Positions 55,654 through 64,000 of a stretch of DNA of 64,000 nt are shown in pieces. This DNA is from the human T2T-CHM13v2.0 reference genome, Homo sapiens. Location of the stretch: NCBI RefSeq assembly GCF_009914755.1, contig NC_060931.1; one strand, given 5' to 3'. The notes beneath the pieces were generated by a model, which ran no database searches, was not told the DNA's origin, and was given only the letters and a program-made list of their open reading frames with translations. Positions within the stretch are counted from its first letter, which is position 1. The number at the start of each line of letters is the position of its first letter. Both the position numbers and the translations under genes were made by a program.

Positions 55654-55848
55654 TAATGTGCTGGGCTGGCTCTAACCAGTTTATGAGAGCTGATTTTGTG
55701 CAAATCTACCTTATCTTGCACTCTGTGATGTCACTCCGGAAGCTTTAAATTGGCAATAGTGGGAATTGACACATGGGCATTGGCAAATCCTACTAATAAT
55801 GTCTATATTTTGGAGAGTTCTTTGTTAGCAATTTGCCATCATACCAGT
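55654..55848 (-). mobile_element. MER63A-like hAT MITE
   Basis: tgtgctgggctggctctaaccagtttatgagagctgatt...gtgatgtcac...agctttaaattggc...ttggcaaatcctac...atttgccatcatacca. Confidence 0.7.
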
Positions 55849-55849
55849 A

Positions 55850-56075
55850 AGTTAGACAGATTTGTTATTAAATCCTTCCCCAACCACATACAAGATGAGT
55901 GAACCTCTCAGCAAATTGCTTAACCCTCTGTGAGCCTTGGCTTCTACATTGTAGCACAAGAGGAAATAATAGCTATCCCAGAGGATTGCTTCAGTAAATG
56001 AGATGATATGTGTAAAGTGTATGATCCATTGCAAATTCTTAAATGGTAGCTATAATGACCTTAATTCATATTAAA
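55850..56075 (+). mobile_element. MIR
   Basis: gcaaattgcttaaccctctgtgagccttggcttc...gtaaatgagatgatatgtgtaaagtg. Confidence 0.75.
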
Positions 56076-58607
56076 ATTTCTTAATTCCTGAGATATAGTT
56101 AGAAGTCAGATATGTCTAGTTTCTTCCTGCTGCCAAATAATTGACTCCACTGCTTAGACAAGAAAATAATGGAGCTGACTGAATGTGATCTTCATTTCCA
56201 TCGAAGGTACTTAGGGCAAGAGTTGCCATTTATAATGACTGCTAATACCAATTACTGGTTGCTTCTGATCTGCTTTAACATGGGATCACCTGGTATAGCA
56301 TGAATAATTAATTTACAGAATAAAAACAAAGAACTTTGGGGGAGTCTCAGCATTTTTGTTTACATATTGAAGAGTTCCAAATGGTTTTCGACATGTGCCT
56401 GTGCTCCATTTTACCTTTAAAATTTTAAACACATGTGTAATAAAATCCAATGTGTGTTGTACATAGTTATATTTTTATTTTTTAAAAGGCTGAGACTTGC
56501 ATGCATTGTGTGATCATTCTTTTACTCACAAATTGAAATCTTACATGGAGATATCATCTTTAAAATTTAACACAAAGATTCTTGTTGTTTTATTTGGTCC
56601 TGGTGTGAGCTTCCATAATCCATGATCACAAGTATGTACACAGAGCTTACTGGCACATGAAAATGCAGGACAAAATAAAAATATTTACAAATGTTTTCTG
56701 AAATGATTTACTTTTTGGTATGTCATGAAAGTAAATTATGTGGTAACCTTCAGATTGCACGATGTTGATTCCTACATAGCTTACACATACCTACTCATTG
56801 TCTCTGCAGGTTTTCACCCACTTTTTGGAGACTAGAAAAGTTCCCTTTTCTCCAGGGAGAGGGCTCCAAGAAGTATGAGAGGTGAACAAAATTAGTGAAA
56901 GCAGAAATTTTGCTTAGAGTCCTATGTAAGTTAGAGTAAGTCTCACTCCAGGGAAATGTGAAATGGCATACAAGGGTAGTTCTTTCTTTTCTATTCTCAG
57001 AAGACCCATATTCTCTGTGGCAGATGGGAGTATTGAGCTCATTCCCTTAAACATGGAAATGTAACTGAATTATATAACACATGGCATTTAAATGCAATAT
57101 AATGGCAAATACATCTGAGCACAAGATTTGATAAGCTTCATCAGCCCATCAGCCCAAGCTGCATTATATCAGCTATAATGACTTAGCTCTACCCTTCAAG
57201 GAAAGGTGAAATATCCCATTAATGTTCCTCCATAATTGCACCATTGGTGGCAGGATGTTTCTCCCTATGACAATCAGCTAAAGTTCTCAAGCATGACATT
57301 TGATTACCATTGTTTTGGTATGGAAAGCTAAAACATAATTGTTATAAAATTACCAGCATCTTTTGTTTAATGTTCAATAGCAATCACATTTTCATATCAC
57401 CAGTAACAGAAGGTACTTTATTGAATATTGACAGCTAATTCACAGCAATATATGAAATCTAAAATGAAAAAAAATTCTTTATAGCCATCTTTCTGCTTTT
57501 CGGAAAATGGGAATTTAATTTTGATCTTTTAATATAACTGTGTAAATATATAGTTTGTGTTTTTCAAATTAAGGTAGAGAAACTACATGTAAGAGATGCA
57601 AAATAAGCCTACCACTTCCTTTGCTTTTGTCAAATTTTGAAAATATAAGAGGCAAATATTATACATGATAATTGAATCCTCAATATATATTATTACATGG
57701 TATCCTTTCTAATGGAGTTTATCATAAAGTTTATTTCTGCTCTGTTGAATACACTGATATCCGGCCTTGTGATCAAGAAGTGCAAGAATTTAAAAGAGGC
57801 TCCAGAGCAGAGAGGGGAATATCCTTGGCTTGAGTCTGGGATAATGAAGGGTTTAACTGTACATGATAGAGAGACAAAAGCATGATGAAAGGCACATGGC
57901 CAAAATACAGCATGCCCTGTGGCTTCCAGCATCATGCCTCAAACTTCTCTTAACACTCTTCGTCCGGATTAAAGACATGCGGATCTTTTCTAAAACTCAA
58001 AATAGAAAACTCCAGAATGCATTTCAGCTCCAACATTGTTTTGTTTTGCATGCTAAAGTAGTCACAAAGTGCTTTCACCTCTACTTCAGAATTGATTCTC
58101 AATGTTTATTTTCCTTTTAAATCCCCATACTTACAACCACCATTAGCCCTTGCTCATTTGTGGCCTCCAGTCTTTTCATTTTCTCATCCATTTTCCTGTA
58201 GCTGTGATAAATCTTCTTCTAAAACACAACATTGAAACTGTCACTGCCCACTATGAAATATCTGATATTTTCCAATTTTAAAACTATTGAGCCTTCATTC
58301 TTGAATATTGCATTGGAAGTTCTTCAGATTCTTGTCAAAATCACATTTAAGCCAGGTATACAAATATAACTTAGAAATAATAGACTATATTCAATTTCCA
58401 AACCCATCCTAAAATTCCAGCCTCTGTGTTTTTTACATTTTCTTCCCTCTTCAACAAAACTTGGACTAACATCTCTGAAGGTCTTCATTAGGTATTCCTT
58501 CTTCCATGGGCACATTATTTCCTAATAAAGTGGAATTAACCAATCTGTACGTTGCTATTAGATTAATTGTATAACTTTTACCTGTAAATCCTTAGAGTAT
58601 GTGCTTG

Positions 58608-59265
58608 TGATCTGAGACACCAAAATAGATGCCCCTATATCAACTAAGGCACACCCTAAGCTTAAGGATGCAGTTACCTACATGTCAAGGGTTCAGGACC
58701 TGGCTGGGAAGGCAATTGCCTAAATTCCTACAATTACAAGAAAAACCACACTTGGTAAACTCCCTAACAATAAGAGCTACCAGATGTCTCCTAACTCTGA
58801 TTTACAACCTAGACTACTACAATTCTGGTTGAACACAGGACCGGCCTCACAAACATTCTCTTTTGATAAACAGCTGCAGAACTTAAGCCATTTTCAGCCA
58901 GCTTATAGAGAGTGTGCATAAACTGTCTTTCTGTTCTATAATTCACCTTTCCCATAAGAGCTAAATTCCACCCCATTTTAATGCTAAAACCCCACTCCAA
59001 AGTGAACATGGGATGCATATTATATGAATGTTTACCTATTGCACATGCACTTGATGTCCCTCATAAATATGCAAAACTTTTCCCCAAAACCTGCTGGATA
59101 TGTATAATACAGGCCCTGTAAGTTATAAAACCCAACTTGTTCTTTTTGTAGAAAGGGGAACTTTGGCCCATGCTGCAGACTTTATCTTCCCAACTTGCAA
59201 AGCAATATCACCAGTAAAGCTCACCTTTCTACCATGTAGTCATTCCAGTGGTCTTTTGGATGACA
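58608..59265 (+). mobile_element. MER39-like ERV1 solo LTR
   Basis: ccaaaatagatgcccctatatcaactaag, caagaaaaaccacac, cattttaatgctaaaacc, agtaaagctc (poly(A)-signal position), ends gtggtcttttggatgaca. Confidence 0.85.
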
Positions 59266-59473
59266 CAAGAATTTACAAATCACACAATATCTGTCTAAAT
59301 GACTAGATCATCTGTCCCTCTTCTTTGTCTTTCTTTCAGTGTACCACACAATGCCTTGTTTATAACATGTGCTGAGAAAGAAAGAATACAAAATTAACAA
59401 TTGATTAAGAAAGAAAATGAAAAAGTTTCTTTGTGGATACATTCCAGAAAGAAACCACATATCAATGTCTAGA

Positions 59474-59662
59474 GCAACACTTTCCAAACTTTGTTTCTGA
59501 ATTCCTGAGTTAGAATTACTTGGGGGCCCTGCTGAAATTGCAGATTTCAGTGTCTTCTTCTGGATTTACTAACTGAGAATCTCAGAGAATGGAGCCAAAA
59601 AAATAACATTCATGTATGCTCCCTTGTTGATTTTCATACACACCAAAGCTGGAGGATCACTT
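59474..59662. mobile_element. MER5-type hAT-Charlie MITE
   Basis: ttccaaactt...ttagaattacttggggg...aaattgcagatttc...gagaatctcagagaatggagcc...tgattttcatacacaccaaagctggaggatcact. Confidence 0.7.
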
Positions 59663-61229
59663 ATGCTACTGAGAATATTTCAGAGATTTATTTTACATAA
59701 CTAATTAAGATATTAGCAGAGACAATGCATCGTATAGGATATTATCACCAGCCCCTTTGACATTCTAATCTACAATTCTTGCACCTATTCTAATTTGCAC
59801 ATGTGAAATGCGAAGATAATATTGAATTATGAATGTGCACCACAGGTAAGGGTTTTCCAAAGATATTTTATTAGCCTTCTGAGATAAGCATATTTAAATG
59901 TTAGTGAAATCCAAAATATCATTATATTAAACATTGGGATTTAAAAATAAGGCTTGCTTCTCTAATTTAGATAGTATTTGTGTGTGTGTGTGTATTAACC
60001 TATATAAATCGAATTTTCAAATTCCAAAGTTTCATCCTTCTGATAATTTAAAACCGTAAAAGAAATTTATTTCTTCATACCATTTAACTTTCCTCTAAAT
60101 ATCTAACATTATTCGATATTCCACATTTCCACATATGTGGTTTTCCATGTTTTTCCAGTCCTCCATTTGAGCCAGATATAGTAAACAGAGGCAGGTTTTA
60201 GTCCCGAGCATATGGTCAAGGGGCCCCAGTTCTTTGTGAGGCTGTGGAATGTTTGATTGACAAGAGTGCCTGCCCTGCTAGTGCCTGTGCCTCAGCATCC
60301 TGTGGGCCTCTGAACTGATGTGGAGAGCGCTTTCCTCATGAGGCCAGTGGATTCTCATCCTGACTCCACTCTTTGCTTATACTTGTTACATGTTTCCTTA
60401 ATCTTTAAGTAATTCCTGGATTAGGACTAGCTGATTAGGACTAGCCTGGAAGATGGAAGACTAGAAAATTATAATCTTTAAAATGTTTATTTAATAATTA
60501 ATGAATTGATACAAACATTGGTAGATTCCCCCACTCAAATATCACCCAAGTAGAGTGTGGTCTCTAGCATATGAAAAATGGCCAACCAGGATGATGATTA
60601 AATTTGCGTAATTTGTACAATTTTTCTTCAGCAGCTTTTATTTGAAGTATGTACCTGCCACTCTAAAAAGCCTCCTGTCCTTTGAAAAACCTTCTGAGAT
60701 TTTGTTCCATGTTTTGGTGCTCATAATTCTCTGAGTTCTTAGATTTATCCTAGGCATGGTCAAATGTGATACCAAGTTCAGGCAAGGCTTCTTAAGGGTG
60801 GTTAGGAAAGAGTTTCTCTCCAAAGATAGCAGGAATGGGGTAATCATCAAAGGTCAGGAAATCTCAAGTGCCATGCTTCAAGCCAGGGAGGAGAGGGGAG
60901 TCTGGCCATTCTCACAGACACTTTGAGGATCCTACATGATGACTAAAGATGAGAACAATGCCTGGTGACTGTCCAAGCTTAAGGCATTAGAAGACTTGTT
61001 ACGTCACATGATTTCAATTCATCCTGTACGAGTGCTTTAAATATTACACAAACTCTGTATAAATGCTATCTGTGAAATTAAATCAATCTGAGAAAAGATT
61101 TTGATGTCTTGTGACTGGAATGATCATGTGATCTAAAGATCATACCTTTTATGCTCAATGGTATTTTTATACCGATTTTCTTTACTAAACATTTTATTCT
61201 GCCTTAATTTTATTTTTGTCTTTGATAAA

Positions 61230-61700
61230 TGGAAATAGCTCTAACGTTTTTATTATGAAACTGATAATTTTCATTATAATTCTAATAGTACATAAGTGTA
61301 TAGAGAAGAAATTTTTTAAACCATCCATAATTCCATCATGAAGAACTAATATTTTGATGATTATCTTTTCAGTCTCTGGCACTATATGTGTATATAAAAA
61401 TCATCTAAAGTTATATAATTATATATAAAATATATAATTATTAAATAATTATATATTTTAACAATTATAAACACCAAAACATAATAATTTATGAGCTACC
61501 TCTTTTATCTTTCAAAATATTGCTGACATATTTCCTATCAGTTAGAATAGCTACATGGAATCATATTTTGTTCCCGTTTACTATTTCATTTTATCCAATG
61601 ACCATTCTTTATTTAGAAATTTCAAACACATACTTGTATGATTATATCATTATTTACTTGAGATGTGCTCCTAGACCTGGATGTTAAAGGTCAAAGGTTT
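61230..61700 (-). mobile_element. L1ME-like 3' UTR remnant
   Basis: taattccatcatgaagaactaatattttgat...tttcagtct; tgctcctagacctggatgttaaaggtcaaagg. Confidence 0.4.
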
Positions 61701-63363
61701 TCCTTGTTTGTCCAGCCGAGTTCCTCATATAATTCCCCAAGTTAAGATTATTCAGTATAAGACATAAATAATTTGTCTACACCCAAACATACACTGATGA
61801 TAGGAGTGACCCCTCAGTGGACAGGTGACATGATGTCTTTGTTTCAGTTTCTTATCAGAGGAAACATGAGACATGGCAAATAAGTCAGTGACATGAACTT
61901 CATGAATGAAAGGAGGTATGAAACAGTTGTTCTTTTCCTGAATGAATTTTCCTTATACAAAACACCACACCTTAAAAATTCTATCTTATTAGTCTTATTT
62001 TTGTGTTTCCTTTATTATTAACCTTTCAAGTACATTTACCAAAGCATCTCCATATCCATATATATATAAGAAATTAAGGAGAGGTGGGGTGTAGCTTATG
62101 TTATACAGTAACTTCCTTCCTTGGAAGAAATTATTTGTGGACACTCTCAGAATTGGGAGAGAAAGTTGCATTAAGGATTGCACAAGATTGTTCGAACTAG
62201 TGATGCAGAAAGAAGGGAAGTCGACTTGTGAAAATGAGCCCTTACTGTACTGTTGTCAGCTGCAAAGTTGTGCTAGAAACCCATGAATATTCTCCAGGAA
62301 TACCATAAAATTCAGACTCTGGACATGTGTTTGTGTGTAGGGGGCAACCTCTAAATTACCTGTAAGGCCCCATTAGAATTGTCCTGACCTGCTTTACTGG
62401 ATGCAAGGCTTTATATTTTGAAGTCCAGGAACAGGCTCCAACTGCTCAGCTCCTCTGAATAAAACAAACAAACAAAAAATACCTAAAAACCAGAGACTAA
62501 CCAATTGTAAAAAGTAAGCCTTGTTATTGGAGGCTTCTTCACTCCTTAATCTTTAGAAGGTCTTTATTCATAAGATTCCTCCCTTCCCAAATTGGCAAAA
62601 CAAAAATTATTTAATCATCTTATATGTGACCTTTTTAGGACTTTGGTGCACATTTCCTAGATACTGGATCTTTCAATGCATGAGTTATGTGCCAATGTCA
62701 ACATACAACATATCAAGTTTTAGTGGCACTGCCTTAAAGCCTATGCTGACACAGAAGATAACCCATGTACAAATTAATAATAAAAGACACCAACATAGGA
62801 CCTATAATGCTATCAGGGAAGCATGTCTAGGACATGAGCATTTTCTCAGCTCATTACATTTACACGCATGCACACACACATGCACGCACACACGTGCACA
62901 CACTAAAAGAGAGAACCATGTTTTCAAATCAAAGAGGACAAATTTTAACTCAAGACAAATTTGATGGGAGCCAATGGTTTTTCTCAATGTATAAGTTAAT
63001 CTTACTTGGGATTAATAGCAAATTGCAAAGGAAACCATCAGTATTATTCAATGTTTTCATCATATGGAAGATTAGTTTAACAGGAAAAATAAATATCTTC
63101 TAAAAACAGTGTTATTGGCTCCATAGTTATGGTCATTAAACAACAAAAATGTTACTTTTTTTTTAGAGAATTTTTTTTTGAATCATACACTTTTACAGAT
63201 GGAGTGCAATATCTTATGTTTTGTTCAAACAATTCTGTGAAAAAGCAGCATAATACAATTTTCTTCTGATCTGACATATTTTCGAGTTAAATCTTAGAGC
63301 ATCTTGGAAAATAAGGAGATGAAGCCATCACTTTTTTTCAAACTCCTGTGTCAAATACTATGT

Positions 63364-63590
63364 GAGAGGCAGTGTAGGGAAGTGCTCAGAATGCTGGCAG
63401 GTCTGGAACTCAAGGCCAACAACTGTATCCAATATATAATTTTCTGACTGCCGGAAAGTTACTTAAACTATTTAACTATAAAATCTGGGAGATACTGTGC
63501 TAATCTCATAAGATATGATTAATGTTTGGCATCATACCTGGCATAATAATCAATAAATATTATTATAGTAAGCCTTCCATTATTAGCTAC
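63364..63590 (+). mobile_element. MIR
   Basis: gagaggcagtgtagg...aaagttacttaac...ataaaatctgggagata...tttggcatcatacctggcataataatcaataaat. Confidence 0.75.
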
Positions 63591-64000
63591 TATTCACATG
63601 TTAGTTAATACTTAAATGGTTATTGTAACTTCTCTTGTTTTTCTTTTCTGTAAACAAACTGAGCCATGTTGACATTTAGATAGCCTGTGGTCAAAGCTAG
63701 GATCCAAACCTGTCAGGATAAATTTAAATTCTTGCCATTTCTGTTGTGTCTGACACTTGTGGCCTAGATCAAAATGCCTTTGGGGTAAAGAAGTCTGAAA
63801 TCTATAAATACTGAAATGGACTTTAAGTTGAAGGAAAGATGGAGTGGGAATTTTAAAACTGTTTTTAATTTCTCTTCCCATCTTCAAGTTCAGGGAGCTC
63901 AGAGCTAAATCTAAATTAATATCTTCCAATGACATTGACACCATTACTGTCCTTATTTTCTCCCTGAGTTTGTTACATGTGTTTTCTTGAGGTATCTCCT

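Overview
Primate (almost certainly human) genomic DNA, AT-rich and gene-poor, with dense interspersed repeats (Alu, L1, L2, MIR, MaLR/ERV LTRs, DNA transposons). One recognisable protein-coding gene is present: the intronless, CpG-rich POM121L12 (CDS 1534-2424, +), which by recall places the window at human 7p12.1. Most other ORFs in the track are repeat-derived or chance ORFs. Well-supported elements include a full-length decayed Hsmar2 mariner (7386-8675), a MER11 solo LTR with a 6-bp TSD (51436-52582) and a 5'-inverted L1. Three things are not explained by ordinary repeat annotation. (1) A second GC/CpG-rich island (~52650-53560) looks like an intronless minus-strand gene: a 145-codon frame broken by one TGA, a proper poly(A) signal, and weak POM121-like motifs. 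(2) A 225-bp, 96%-identical inverted duplication flanks 1.7 kb (15251-17415). (3) A ~3.7-kb cassette bounded by a ~16-bp direct repeat splits an old L1 and carries apparently older repeats, suggesting an ancient transduction. All repeat family names come from recalled consensus sequences, not from a search, and subfamily calls and the ends of old elements are approximate. I cannot establish from sequence alone that any of this is an undescribed functional system.
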